Positions 1 to 9,846 of a stretch of DNA of 64,000 nucleotides are shown here, piece by piece. Origin of the DNA: an uncultured Verrucomicrobiae bacterium (GTDB taxonomy: Bacteria; Verrucomicrobiota; Verrucomicrobiia; Chthoniobacterales; JAFAMB01); contig CAVXLD010000001.1 in NCBI GenBank assembly GCA_963762565.1, forward strand, positions 672,001-736,000. Direction: 5' to 3'. Within the stretch, counting starts at the first letter, position 1, and the number at the start of each line of letters is the position of its first letter. The translations under genes were made by a program, and so were the position numbers. Under the pieces are notes generated by a model. It was not told where the DNA came from. It worked only from the letters and a program-made list of their open reading frames with translations, and did no database searches.

Positions 1-312
1 ACTGGAAAAGAAAGCGGATCTCGGAGAAAGTTTCACCAGGCCCTGAGCGACCGCCTTGCAAGGGGCTGGCACGTTGTTGGCAGAATAGTTGATAAATCGT
101 TTTACCGACGGTTCATCCAGGAGTTTAGCCAGGTTCGCTTCCGAGAACCGTTTCTGCGTCAGTGCAAAATTGCGGCATTCCACAAAAACAATACTGTTGG
201 CCGGTGCAAGACGAGTGGCGAGGACTTCGCTGCGGTCCCTCCGGGAGAATGCAAACCAAATAACGCCCCCGACAAAAAGCACGAACACCACAGACAAAAG
301 GATTCGTTTCAT
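1..312 (-). CDS. Hypothetical membrane-anchored protein, runs off the window edge
   Basis: Manual translation from ATG at 312 gives MKRILLSVVFVLFVGGVIWFAFSRR..., open to position 1; N-terminal hydrophobic helix. Not in the ORF track. Confidence 0.75.
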   Translation of the reverse strand, partial: MKRILLSVVFVLFVGGVIWFAFSRRDRSEVLATRLAPANSIVFVECRNFALTQKRFSEANLAKLLDEPSVKRFINYSANNVPAPCKAVAQGLVKLSPRSAFFSS

Positions 313-384
313 CCAGGGCTCTAGCAAAGACCGGCTTGGTCGAACTGTCGAGCAAAGCTCGCCTTAGGCTCGCTTTGCATTGTC

Positions 385-457
385 AATAGCCGATAGCCGA
401 TAGCCAATATGAGTAATGTCAGGCGAACCTTCATTGGCTATCGGCTATTGGCTATTG
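385..457. repeat. Inverted pair of 7-mer tandem repeats (TAGCCRA)n / (TYGGCTA)n
   Basis: aatagccgatagccgatagccaata at 385-409 faces attggctatcggctattggctattg at 433-457. Confidence 0.85.
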
Positions 458-473
458 GGTATTCGAAGCGAGC

Positions 474-2537
474 CTAAGGCGAGCTACGATAGGTGCGCAA
501 AGCTTCGGGCCAGAAGGGATTCATTCTCTCGGCGGGGGTTCTCCAAATCAAGGTGTGCAGCTTAGCCAAAGCGGGTCCATCGCTTAACAAAGCGCGTTTC
601 TCTTCGGCCGTTAGGGCCTGCGGCCCCTCTCGGAACAGCTTATCTGCTAAACCTGCGGCGTGTTCACTTACCTCCGCCGTACGTCCTACCCGCCTCCTCT
701 GCAGCGCAACGTGAATAGCGTTGTAGAACGGATCAAGGATGGCGTGAACAAATTGATCACCCGCACGTAATTGGAGCGGCTCAGATTTCGAAAGCTCTCT
801 TGGGGGATCAATCTCTTCCGGTGTCAGGAACAGATTGCGTAAGACGGCGGATCGGCCGCTAAGCTGAGCAATCGGGACCGCGAGCCATAACCCCAACAGC
901 AGCGGGGTTATCCAAAGTAAATACAGAGGCGAGATCAGCCAAGCCAGTAACCCGAAGAGAACACCGGCGACGGGTACCGGCCAGTACTCGCCCAATGTTT
1001 GTACCCATCCAGGGCCAGTTCCACTTGCCCGAGTCTGCGTATTCCAAACCACTTTTTGGCCCGCTACATTCCTGAGCACAAATCGAGTATGGAACCAGAC
1101 AAGTAAGGGTGCAGTCAGGATTGAAAACAGAGTTTCCATGAATACGCCGGCCAACGCTCGCTTGGCTCCGCCAAAACGCCGAAGCAAATCCGGTTGAGAA
1201 AACAGATGGAGCAGGCTCAGGAATTTCGGCCCGAATAGTAAGAGCAAGGTCAGTAGCGCCAGAACAATCGCTGAAGCAAGAGGGATCGAAGAAACATGTC
1301 CGCGGAAATGGTCAAGCGCGGCCTGGATGCCTCCTAAACAGATGAAAAGAACCAATATAGGCGCAGATGAGTAAGCCAGGATGCCTTGTATCAAGTGCAA
1401 CCGGCTAATGGGCTGCACCCGCTCAGCCAACAGAAACCACACGTGTTGGAGATTGCCTTGGGCCCAGCGACGGTCGCGTTTGATGTACTCAGTCAGATTC
1501 GGCGGCAACCCTTCGTAGCTGCCCTCTAGATCGTACGCAAACCACACCTCCCATCCCGCATCCCTCATCAACGCGGCTTCCACGAAATCATGGCTTAAGA
1601 TCCTCCCACCCAGCGGCTCACGTCCTGGGAGAACAGGTAAGCTGCAGCTAGCCAAAAATGGTGACAGCCGGATAATCGCGTTGTGCCCCCAATAATTGCC
1701 AGACCCCTGCTGCCAGTAATTGAGACCTGCAGCAAACAGCGGGCTGTACAGCCGAGAAGCAAATTGTTGGATCCGGCCAAACAGTGTTTCCGATCCGACC
1801 AGCTTTGGCATCGTCTGCATAATGCCCGCTCGCGGATTGACCTCCATCAGCCGCACCATCGAGGCGACAGACTCGCCGGTCATGATGCTATCCGCATCCA
1901 GGACGACCATGTACCGATGGCGATGCCCCCATCGCCGGCAAAAATCAGCAATGTTTCCACTCTTGCGATTCACCGGCACTTTCCTGCGGCGATAATGAAT
2001 TCTGCCGAAACCGTTTGTTTGCCGGCACAAATCGGCCCAGGCCAGCTCTTCCTCAACCAACCTTTCCGGGAGTGTGGAGTCACTCAGGATGTAAAACTCG
2101 AAGGTCTCCAACTCGCCCCGGTTTTGGAGGGAGCGGTAGAGGGTGCGGATGTTTCCGAAAACGGTGGGGACATCTTCGTTAAAAACTGGCATTACCACCG
2201 CAGTCGACGCCAGCGGTGTGCTCTCGTCCAGAGTGTTGGTTATCTTGAGGGGTTCATGCCCTTCGGCCAGGACCAAAAAGCCGACGAAGGCCTGGGTGAA
2301 CCCAAAAGAAAGGGTCGTAAAAAGTACGCTGAAAACGGCCAATTCGAGGACTTTGATCGGGCTCCAGCCGGTGCTGCCTAGAATATCAGAAAAAAGCCAA
2401 AACCCAATGGCGGCCACTCCCAGGGTCACAAGAGTAACACCCCAGCGTCGCTGGCGAACCTTTCGCCTAAAAACTTCGCCCAGCCGAGTTGACCCGACTA
2501 GCTCAACAAGCCTAACAGATCGACCTGGACCGCTCAT
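474..2537 (-). CDS. opgH: Glucans biosynthesis glucosyltransferase H (GT2)
   Basis: RKSGNIADF, LDADS, NYWGHNAIIR, LSHDFVEAA and DRRWAQGNLQH motifs; multiple TM helices; downstream of opgG. Confidence 0.95.
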   Translation of the reverse strand: MSGPGRSVRLVELVGSTRLGEVFRRKVRQRRWGVTLVTLGVAAIGFWLFSDILGSTGWSPIKVLELAVFSVLFTTLSFGFTQAFVGFLVLAEGHEPLKITNTLDESTPLASTAVVMPVFNEDVPTVFGNIRTLYRSLQNRGELETFEFYILSDSTLPERLVEEELAWADLCRQTNGFGRIHYRRRKVPVNRKSGNIADFCRRWGHRHRYMVVLDADSIMTGESVASMVRLMEVNPRAGIMQTMPKLVGSETLFGRIQQFASRLYSPLFAAGLNYWQQGSGNYWGHNAIIRLSPFLASCSLPVLPGREPLGGRILSHDFVEAALMRDAGWEVWFAYDLEGSYEGLPPNLTEYIKRDRRWAQGNLQHVWFLLAERVQPISRLHLIQGILAYSSAPILVLFICLGGIQAALDHFRGHVSSIPLASAIVLALLTLLLLFGPKFLSLLHLFSQPDLLRRFGGAKRALAGVFMETLFSILTAPLLVWFHTRFVLRNVAGQKVVWNTQTRASGTGPGWVQTLGEYWPVPVAGVLFGLLAWLISPLYLLWITPLLLGLWLAVPIAQLSGRSAVLRNLFLTPEEIDPPRELSKSEPLQLRAGDQFVHAILDPFYNAIHVALQRRRVGRTAEVSEHAAGLADKLFREGPQALTAEEKRALLSDGPALAKLHTLIWRTPAERMNPFWPEALRTYRSSP

Positions 2538-2601
2538 ATGCGCGCACCGCTCACAGTTTCGAGACCCTAGTTTATTCCTGAACCCTCTATTCGTTTTGGT
2601 T

Positions 2602-3177
2602 CTACAGACTCATGTAGATCAGAAGAGCAACCAAGCAGAGTCCGACGAACCATGCAAGAATTCGATTCGAACCAAAAAGAGAAAACTTTCCAGCTAGAGT
2701 CGCCAACCTTTCGCCTGCCGTATTCAAAACGAACGGACGCGGGGTGATAGCCGCCTGTTGGAGACGCGGGAACGCTTCCAGTCGTACCTCCCGCAGGGCA
2801 CCCAAAACGTCGTCGGACAGCCGGTTTCGAGGAGAAAGCACGCTGTTTTGAGTTGGCTGCATCAAATAAAGGCGCACCCGTTCTTCAACGGATCTGCGCT
2901 CAGCCGAGACTTTATTGGAAATAAGGTCACCGAGCGTCGCATCCAGAGCCTTCTGCGCTTCGTCGAAGGCTAACTCCGTTGCCGAAGTAGAAGGCTCCTT
3001 TCGTTTTCGAGCGATCGCCCGCTCGAAACTAGTTAAAAGCAATAACTCTCGCTCCAGGTCGGCGGGAACCCGAAGCGCGTCTAAATAGTCATTGGTCCGC
3101 TCCCAAGCTTGTTTCCACTCCGGCGAGGAGTTGATGCTTGCCCGCAAAAGACCTAAGTATTCAGGAGATATTGCCAT
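2602..3177 (-). CDS. Hypothetical protein with C-terminal TM helix, between opgG and opgH
   Basis: 191-aa ORF overlapping the opgG stop; operon position. Confidence 0.75.
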   Translation of the reverse strand: MAISPEYLGLLRASINSSPEWKQAWERTNDYLDALRVPADLERELLLLTSFERAIARKRKEPSTSATELAFDEAQKALDATLGDLISNKVSAERRSVEERVRLYLMQPTQNSVLSPRNRLSDDVLGALREVRLEAFPRLQQAAITPRPFVLNTAGERLATLAGKFSLFGSNRILAWFVGLCLVALLIYMSL

Positions 3178-4697
3178 TTCTCAGAACAGAAGATATCGCG
3201 TCGCAAAATTACACAACTAATATCCATCGACGTCGGGGTGGTGTTTGGGTTGAAGATGGTAAAACTAACTAACCAGCCCCGGTCCGTGGGGGTAAATTGG
3301 ACATCTCTGACCTGACCGTTTTGATTCACAACAACATGGGGGCGTAACTCGGCCACCGGTATGGTTTCTTGTTTTTCCGGCTTACCAAATTCGACGGTGA
3401 AGCGGGTCTCATTCGATTGCGGGTTGGGCCGAACGGTGGTCGATAAAACGCGAAACTGATCGAGATCGGGCTCCAGGGTGCTCCAGAGGAGCCGGTACGC
3501 GAATTCCAGCCGTTCGCCTGGCTCAGGCAGATTCTGCACCTCCCAGGCGGCCACGATATTGTTGGTGTACTCATCGTTTGACGGCAACTCCAACAGGCGC
3601 ACGTAACCGGAATCAAAGCCACTTTGGGGGATTACTTGAAGACTCGGCCTTCGTTGGTACTCCGACTCTCGGTCGAGATAGTGCGTACTGTCCCGGTCGC
3701 GTTGTAACAACGCATAAGAAGTCACGTCAGAGAACCTGCGAAGTTCAACCGATTTTGGGTTATCTAGCGGCGCCCAAAGTTTCTCTCCCGAGGTGGTGCT
3801 CATGAGCAGCCCATCAGAATCGTGAACTTGCGGCCTAAACTCGCGACGCATGAACTGAGTGCTGTTCATCGATAACTCGGTTCTAGCTTTCCCCTGATAG
3901 TCGGGCCGCAGGGTGGGTTTATTCACTGTATTTTGCCCAAAATAGAACATGCTGGTTATCGGCGCCAGGGCCAGCACCTCCGGTTTCTTTCGTATGAAAA
4001 GGGTCGCGCGGATGTCCATCGTCGTGACGTCTCCGTAGCGCACGGTAAACTCGTAACCGCCGGTCACGCTTGGACCATCGAGTAAGGCGTAGAACTGCAG
4101 GCTGCTATCGCTTGGTTGAGGCTGGCGCACCCAAAACTCTCTAAAGTCAGGGAACTCCTCCGGAGTAGATGTCCCGGGATTCACTGCAATACCACGGGCC
4201 GATAAACCCCAATGCATTCCCCGACCAATCGCCCGGAAATAACTCGCGCCTAAAAACGACAGAAACTCATCCTGTAGACCGGTTTTGCTCGATGGTGCGA
4301 AGACCTTGAAACCGGCAAAATCTTCGTGTCCGCTGAAAATTAGGGGTCGATCGTAGTAGAAGTAAGCCGGAGAAAATGGAATATCGCGAAGCCTGTCCGG
4401 TTCGATCGCATGTATTACGACTCGCCGTTTCAAATAGGAACCGGGATGAACAAAGCCGAGGCGGTAGGGTAACCCTGGCCAAACCGTATGCTCGGTCAGA
4501 AATCGGATATGAAAAAACAGATCGTAATCCAGCTTCTGCAGGTCTTCAGATAGTTCCTGTACCTGGGGCGTAAATGGTTGTTTAGAGAGCTCCTCGGCTC
4601 GGTTTGCGACGTCTTGGTAGTTGAAGATTGGCGATTCATCAGCAAAGCCGGAGCCGGCCAGCGCAAGGGAAAGGCTCAAGATCGTCAAAATCTTCAT
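3153..4697 (-). CDS. opgG: Periplasmic glucan biosynthesis protein, OpgG/OpgD family
   Basis: Signal peptide MKILTILSLSLALAG; FLGASYFRA, GLSARG, EFPDFREFW, RPQVHDSDGL motifs. Confidence 0.92.
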   Translation of the reverse strand: MKILTILSLSLALAGSGFADESPIFNYQDVANRAEELSKQPFTPQVQELSEDLQKLDYDLFFHIRFLTEHTVWPGLPYRLGFVHPGSYLKRRVVIHAIEPDRLRDIPFSPAYFYYDRPLIFSGHEDFAGFKVFAPSSKTGLQDEFLSFLGASYFRAIGRGMHWGLSARGIAVNPGTSTPEEFPDFREFWVRQPQPSDSSLQFYALLDGPSVTGGYEFTVRYGDVTTMDIRATLFIRKKPEVLALAPITSMFYFGQNTVNKPTLRPDYQGKARTELSMNSTQFMRREFRPQVHDSDGLLMSTTSGEKLWAPLDNPKSVELRRFSDVTSYALLQRDRDSTHYLDRESEYQRRPSLQVIPQSGFDSGYVRLLELPSNDEYTNNIVAAWEVQNLPEPGERLEFAYRLLWSTLEPDLDQFRVLSTTVRPNPQSNETRFTVEFGKPEKQETIPVAELRPHVVVNQNGQVRDVQFTPTDRGWLVSFTIFNPNTTPTSMDISCVILRRDIFCSEKWQYLLNT

Positions 4698-4762
4698 CGC
4701 GCCTGGACGATGGCAGCGGTTGCCGCAGGTCGTCAAATAGAGAAGCGACTCACAAGGCGCTT

Positions 4763-4908
4763 CGTTCTCGTCCTCGTCGTCGTCCTCGTCCTCGAAGGGT
4801 TGGTGCCGCCCAGGACAAGCTTTCTCGCTGGCGTAAGTTCGCGGTCATTAACAAACGCTGGGCAAAGATAATATCGAGGACGAGGACGACGACGAGAACG
4901 AGAACGAT
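4763..4908. repeat. Inverted (CTCGTC)n / (GACGAG)n hexamer-repeat element
   Basis: cgttctcgtcctcgtcgtcgtcctcgtcctcga ... tcgaggacgaggacgacgacgagaacgagaacg. Related arms near 6706/6961, 14683, 33478/33690, 35043, 47038/47387 and 56139/56301. Confidence 0.85.
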
Positions 4909-4928
4909 TCCGAAGCCTGTCGGCTGCC

Positions 4929-5540
4929 CTAGCTCCAGCGCCGAACTAGGCCCACCATGACGCCTTGAATGACGAGTTCGTGAGCTGGGATTAAGTCGGG
5001 GTAAAGAGGGTTCTCAGCCTTCAGATAAGGGCGACCCTTCTTAACGGTATAACGTTTTAAAGAAACCTCCCCGTCGATCAAGGCCGCAACGATATCGTGG
5101 TCTCGTGCCGTCCTTTTCACCAGGATAACCGTGTCGCCGTCGGCAATTTGTGCTCCTACCATTGAATCCCCGGTAACTTGCAAAGCGAACACGTCGGATG
5201 ATCCGTCGATGCCAAAGAACCGGGAATCGACGCCGAGATCGTTGCCTTGCTGTTGTTCTCCCTCAATCGGCATACCGGCTGGAATCGTTCCAAGGAGAGG
5301 AATCGACCTAAAATCCGCGCCCAGCTTGGCCGCGGGATCGGTTAACGCTCGAGCTTTGCCTGGGGTTCGCTGGATTGCACCCTTGCGTTCCAACGCTCGC
5401 AGATGGTTCATCGCTGCTGTCTGACTGCGAAAGCCGAATTGAGCCTGTATCTCGCGGCTGGTGGGCGGGAACCCGGATTTGCGTTGATGTTTGCGAATAA
5501 AATCGAGGACCTTTTGCTGCCGGCCGGTCAAGGGTTCCAT
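4929..5540 (-). CDS. lexA: SOS transcriptional repressor LexA
   Basis: LTGRQ...PPTSREI wHTH, Ala-Gly cleavage site (IPAG), catalytic Ser (GDSM) and Lys (SLKR). Start reassigned to ATG 5540. Confidence 0.96.
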   Translation of the reverse strand: MEPLTGRQQKVLDFIRKHQRKSGFPPTSREIQAQFGFRSQTAAMNHLRALERKGAIQRTPGKARALTDPAAKLGADFRSIPLLGTIPAGMPIEGEQQQGNDLGVDSRFFGIDGSSDVFALQVTGDSMVGAQIADGDTVILVKRTARDHDIVAALIDGEVSLKRYTVKKGRPYLKAENPLYPDLIPAHELVIQGVMVGLVRRWS

Positions 5541-5542
5541 AC

Positions 5543-5556
5543 TGTTCAAGGGAACA
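5543..5556. promoter_or_regulatory. LexA box TGTTC-N4-GAACA (autoregulatory operator)
   Basis: tgttc-aagg-gaaca, 2 bp from the lexA start codon; matches the Verrucomicrobia LexA motif. Confidence 0.88.
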
Positions 5557-5591
5557 TAGTACATGCAGGGAGGCGTTTGGGCAAGCGGCCT

Positions 5592-5817
5592 GGTAGGGCG
5601 AAAACCTCGGCGCGTCGCTGATAGTTTAGCATCCTGGCTAAATCGCGCCGGGTTTGAGCCGCGCCGTGGATTCGCCACGTATCAAAATTTTTCGCGGTCC
5701 AGACTTTCGTGGCCAGGCGCGCCGTGGGTGAAACATCCGCAGGGTGCGGCTCAAATCCGGCGCGGGTTCACGGACGGACATGGCAAGATTTGGGCGCGCC
5801 GAGATTTTGGCCCTACC
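5592..5817. repeat. REP/MITE-like element, family D (GGTAGGGCGAAAA...CCCTACC)
   Basis: Terminal inverted repeats and internal palindromes; second copy at 27116-27348. Confidence 0.8.
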
Positions 5818-5906
5818 GGCGCTGGGTTATCGGCACGCGTGTATCGCTAACCAACCTTTGCTCAGCCCTTCCGAATGTGGTAATGAGCATGCCTGATTTC
5901 GGGATT

Positions 5907-6695
5907 ATGCGGTTGTCATTTTCACTAGCTGTCGGTTGCGCGATCGCCACAAGCGTCTTGTCATTCTCGAGGCCGCTTGATGCTCAAAGCATTGGGATGT
6001 TCCGAAATGACCCGAATGAAGTCATCCTGAAAGTGATCCGATCTATGCCGCAAGGAGGCGGTTACTCGGCCTCGAACGGAGCGATTGCGCGATTGAGCGA
6101 GGCCGCCCGGATCGAGAGAGGCACACTGGTTCTTGATCCGGCTATCGCAAAACCGAGCTTTTGTTCTGAAGCTACCTACTTGGTCTTTTTGACGGCTTTG
6201 GCGGACCTGAACAACCAGGCGCCGATAACAGGTCCGCTGGCCGAGAGCCTGGCTGTTAAAGGGCAACCGGACGGAGTCGGTATCTGGGGCCGATGGAACG
6301 CGAACGGGCCCGGTACAGCCTGTCTTTTCCACGAGCTTCAGCTTGGCGATAATTTCACAGACTGGAACTCCGCTCACCCAGGGGATTTTATGAAGATCTT
6401 CTGGAACACAAATGTTGGCCGGCGGGAACACGGTCACTCTGCCATCTATCTAGGGACAACGACACAGAACGGCGTTGAATGGGTCAGTTTTTGGTCGAGT
6501 AATATTCCGAACGGGTTCGGAGAAAAGCAGGTGCTGAAAACAAAAATTGCTTCCGTTATTTTCTCGCGTTTGAGGTATCCCGAGCGGCTCCAGAGAAACT
6601 TTGCCACTCTCCCAAGAAGGAATAGCTATCTGGCTGGTCTCCTGAGCAGGGAGTCGTCCTTAGCAGAAGCGAGGGCGAATTCAGGGGTCGAGTAA
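5907..6695 (+). CDS. Secreted protein, putative NlpC/P60-like (papain-fold) hydrolase
   Basis: Signal peptide; FCSEATY ... PGDFMKIFW ... GHSAIYLG resembles the NlpC/P60 Cys/His pattern. Start could be 5883, 5889 or 5907. Confidence 0.6.
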   Translation: MRLSFSLAVGCAIATSVLSFSRPLDAQSIGMFRNDPNEVILKVIRSMPQGGGYSASNGAIARLSEAARIERGTLVLDPAIAKPSFCSEATYLVFLTALADLNNQAPITGPLAESLAVKGQPDGVGIWGRWNANGPGTACLFHELQLGDNFTDWNSAHPGDFMKIFWNTNVGRREHGHSAIYLGTTTQNGVEWVSFWSSNIPNGFGEKQVLKTKIASVIFSRLRYPERLQRNFATLPRRNSYLAGLLSRESSLAEARANSGVE

Positions 6696-7109
6696 AGCGG
6701 TTTTTTCGTTCTCGTCCTTCCGCCTTCGCCAGGGCCTTTATTGTGGAGCGCGCCTCGCTTGCGAGGCCGACCTCCAGCGGGTGTCGCGATAGAACTTGGG
6801 CTACGGCGGACAGGCTGTCGTCGATTGGGGCCGGACGAGGTCTGTAATCCGGAGCGGCCGTATCTATAACCTACTGGTCCCATACGTCCTATTGGTCCCA
6901 TCCGAACCGCGGTCCCTCGCTAGGCCGAACCGAATCGCAGACCACGTCCAGCGGCCCCGATCGACGACGAGGACGAGAACGAGAACGAAAGCCGCGAGCG
7001 GTGAACAGTTGAACCTGTACAGATGAACAGATTTCCGTTTGCATCAGCCACGCTTCTCCTCGACCCTTGACCCCGGTAAGGAACTAAAACTGCTAGCCGA
7101 ATTAAATTA

Positions 7110-8744
7110 ATGAGTCAGGAGCCCAACAACCGGACATTTAAGAGCGGCGCCGGCGACAGTGCTGCGCATTCCATGCAGGGTCAGGCGGATTTCAAACCGG
7201 AGCCGGAGCAACTGGGTGAACTGCCTTCGGGCTATGGAGACATGTTCGTAGTCGCACGCGACCCGCATTGGCTCTTTACCTACTGGGACTTCGACTACTC
7301 AAAGTTCCCTGGCCAACGTCACCTCGGCTTGCAAGTCTTCCGAGATGACACCCTTGAAACGACCGTCGAAATCAACGAGATCGCGCGGAATTGGTACATA
7401 CCGGTTCAAAGCGCGAACGCGAGCTACCGGGTAGTTTTCGGGTACAAGGACAGCAACGGCACCTGGCATGCGGTCGGTCAGGCTGGTCCAACTCATACTC
7501 CGCCGGAAGCAATCAGTATGCAGTGGGATACAATGTTTGCGACGGTCCCGATTCATTTGACTTTTAATTTGCTGGTTGACGTCGTGGAAGCGGCTAAGAG
7601 ACGCGGCGAACCGCTAGCCGAGGCCTTGGCCCGGTTGCAGCAGGCGGCATTCAATGGCGGGAGCCGTTCTCCTAACTGGGGTCCAGCACAGCTACAAATT
7701 CTGGAAGCATTGCTCGGGAAAGACCTGTTGGCCCGGTTGTCGTCGATGGATTCAACGCAACTGTCGACGCTCCTTCGAACCGATATTTCGACGGAGACCA
7801 GCTCAGAGTCAGCCAGCGAGCTGGTGGCTAAGAGCCGGCTTGCCCAACTTTTAGTGCCGCCGGAATCCAGTCTTTTCAGCGGCGGAGTATTCGGAGCTGC
7901 TTTATCCAGCGAATTGTTTCAAAGCGGCCAGACACTAAGTTCTGCCGGGCTAAGCTCGGCCGAGCTGGTCTCGCAGCTTAGCAGCATGGGTTTTAGCTCG
8001 GCTGAGCTGGTCACGCGCCTAAGCAGCATCGGTTTGAGCTCCGCGGAAATTGTCGCCGCCTTGAGCAGTGCAGCCCTAAGTAGTGAAACTTTAAGTAGTG
8101 CTGGGCTTAGCAGCGCAGAACTCAGCTCGATCGGTTTGTTTTCTCAATTACAAATCAATCTGGCCGAACTAAGCTCGCTTGGCTTGAGCTCGCTTGGCTT
8201 GAGCTCGCTCGGCTTAAGCTCGTTCGAACTGAGCTCAGCTGGGTTAAGTTCGGAACGGTTGAGTGCGCTACAGGTGGCGGCACTAGAGATGGGAGCTGTA
8301 AGTTCGGAGCAACTTAGCTCGGCTTGGTCAAGCAGCTGGAGCGGTCTGGAGTTTGGTCTCTCAAGTTGGAGCGAATTGATCTCCGAAAGCAGCTTGTTCA
8401 GCGCGGTCGGCGCGAGTTGGGGCGGCGAGTCGTTTGGGCTGACTCAGCGCGAGTTTTTCATGCACGTGAACGCAGAAGTGATCTTTTACGGAGGAACTCA
8501 TCCCCAAGCACAGGTCACGGTGGCTGGCCAACCAATCGTCCTCCAACCGGACGGAACATTCCGTTATCATTTCATTTTCCCGGATCATGATTTCGAGATC
8601 CCGATCGTAGCCGTCTCTCCGGACGGTAAAGAAACACGGTCGGCAACCTTGTTCTTCCGGCGAGAAACGACCCGGCAGGGCGAAGTCGGGCACACGGCGC
8701 AGCCGCCCTATCTGGCGGAGCCGATGGGAGCGGTGGAGAAGTGA
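7110..8744 (+). CDS. DUF4912-like protein with long Ser/Leu pentapeptide repeat region
   Basis: N-terminal ARDPHWLFTYWD...NWYI; C-terminal NAEVIFYGGTHP...PDGTFR; central LSSxG/E repeats. Confidence 0.8.
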   Translation: MSQEPNNRTFKSGAGDSAAHSMQGQADFKPEPEQLGELPSGYGDMFVVARDPHWLFTYWDFDYSKFPGQRHLGLQVFRDDTLETTVEINEIARNWYIPVQSANASYRVVFGYKDSNGTWHAVGQAGPTHTPPEAISMQWDTMFATVPIHLTFNLLVDVVEAAKRRGEPLAEALARLQQAAFNGGSRSPNWGPAQLQILEALLGKDLLARLSSMDSTQLSTLLRTDISTETSSESASELVAKSRLAQLLVPPESSLFSGGVFGAALSSELFQSGQTLSSAGLSSAELVSQLSSMGFSSAELVTRLSSIGLSSAEIVAALSSAALSSETLSSAGLSSAELSSIGLFSQLQINLAELSSLGLSSLGLSSLGLSSFELSSAGLSSERLSALQVAALEMGAVSSEQLSSAWSSSWSGLEFGLSSWSELISESSLFSAVGASWGGESFGLTQREFFMHVNAEVIFYGGTHPQAQVTVAGQPIVLQPDGTFRYHFIFPDHDFEIPIVAVSPDGKETRSATLFFRRETTRQGEVGHTAQPPYLAEPMGAVEK

Positions 8745-8819
8745 GAGGTGAGAAGTGATTGGTGAGAGGTGATTGGCCTAGCCGCGAAGCGGCTCAAGAT
8801 AAGTGTAGGCCCATCGCCC

Positions 8820-8941
8820 GGGAGGGATCGCGTCCTCGCGATCCGTGGTTACCGAAGCCGAGGATGTGTTATGATCGCGGATGAAAATACATCTTTGAGT
8901 TGTGGCACGTCCTCGCGGCGCGCGGGGACGCGCGCCCTCCC
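8820..8941. repeat. REP doublet, family A (GGGAGGGATCGCGTCCTCGCGATCC ... GGCGCGCGGGGACGCGCGCCCTCCC)
   Basis: Other copies at 17911-18303, 18726-18844, 31174-31297, 44634-44753 and 52211-52255. Confidence 0.9.
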
Positions 8942-9133
8942 CGATTTGCACCCTGCGAACGCCGGGTTGGAGATGCTCTTTCAGGGCGCTTGCATCGACC
9001 CGATCACCCAGGGCTAAAGAAGCCCTGGGCTATGATCTATAACCGCTTCGCGGTAAATGCGAAGTCACCCAAGGCGAACCTCCGCCCTGTCCAGGCTTCG
9101 CCGGTATTAGTCAGCGGAAAAAGAGAGCAAATT

Positions 9134-9817
9134 TTACCCTATCGCTGTAATAAACGCGTCGGACGTCGATACAGCGCCAAAGACGCCTCCTTGCATCTTT
9201 ATCATCTTGAGAGCGGCTAGATAGTTGCCGTAGTCGGTTGCACCGGTGCAATCGGCGAGCAGCAGGCATTCATAGCCTCGGTCGTTGGCTTCGCGCATGG
9301 TGGTATGAACACACACATCGGTAGTGATGCCGGCCAAAACGATATTTTTTATCCCTTTCTGGCTCAGCAACATTTCGAAGTCGGTCGCGTAAAACGATCC
9401 TTTGCCCGGTTTGTCTATCACGACTTCACCGCGCAATGGCGCCAGTTCCGGAATTATCTCCCACCCCGCTTCTCCCCGGGTCAAAATGCGCCCGCAAGGC
9501 CCCTGGTTACCAATTCCGGCGCCGATCCGCAGGCTGCGCCATCGTTTGTTTGCAGGTAGATCCGACAAATCGGGGCGATGCCCTTCCCGGGTGTGCATGA
9601 CATGGAACCCAAGCCGGCGTGTGGCCGCTAGAACCCGCTGGATAGGCTCGATTGGAGCCCGCGTCAGCGAAAGATCATAACCCATCTTATCGACGTAGCC
9701 ACCGGGTCCGCAGAAGTCAGTTTGCATATCGATGACGACAAAAGCGGTGTTCGCGGGGCGTAGGTCACCATTGTATGGCCACGGATACGGGTCGGCCTCA
9801 ACCTGCGTTTGTTGCAT
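9134..9817 (-). CDS. biuH: Biuret hydrolase (isochorismatase-like cysteine hydrolase)
   Basis: [62 protein letters not shown] triad. Confidence 0.88.
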   Translation of the reverse strand: MQQTQVEADPYPWPYNGDLRPANTAFVVIDMQTDFCGPGGYVDKMGYDLSLTRAPIEPIQRVLAATRRLGFHVMHTREGHRPDLSDLPANKRWRSLRIGAGIGNQGPCGRILTRGEAGWEIIPELAPLRGEVVIDKPGKGSFYATDFEMLLSQKGIKNIVLAGITTDVCVHTTMREANDRGYECLLLADCTGATDYGNYLAALKMIKMQGGVFGAVSTSDAFITAIG

Positions 9818-9846
9818 GTCAGACGATGGCGCAGTTCAGGGGCCGA

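Noticed and set aside
1683..2381. 232-aa plus-strand ORF (and similar ones, e.g. 24002-24682)
   Set aside because: Antisense shadows of well-supported genes in GC-rich DNA.
5541..5906. Long N-terminal extensions of lexA and the divergent ORF (also GH39, the ABC fusion, the cyclase and the GNAT)
   Set aside because: The extensions run through repeat elements or operators; downstream starts fit the family N-termini.
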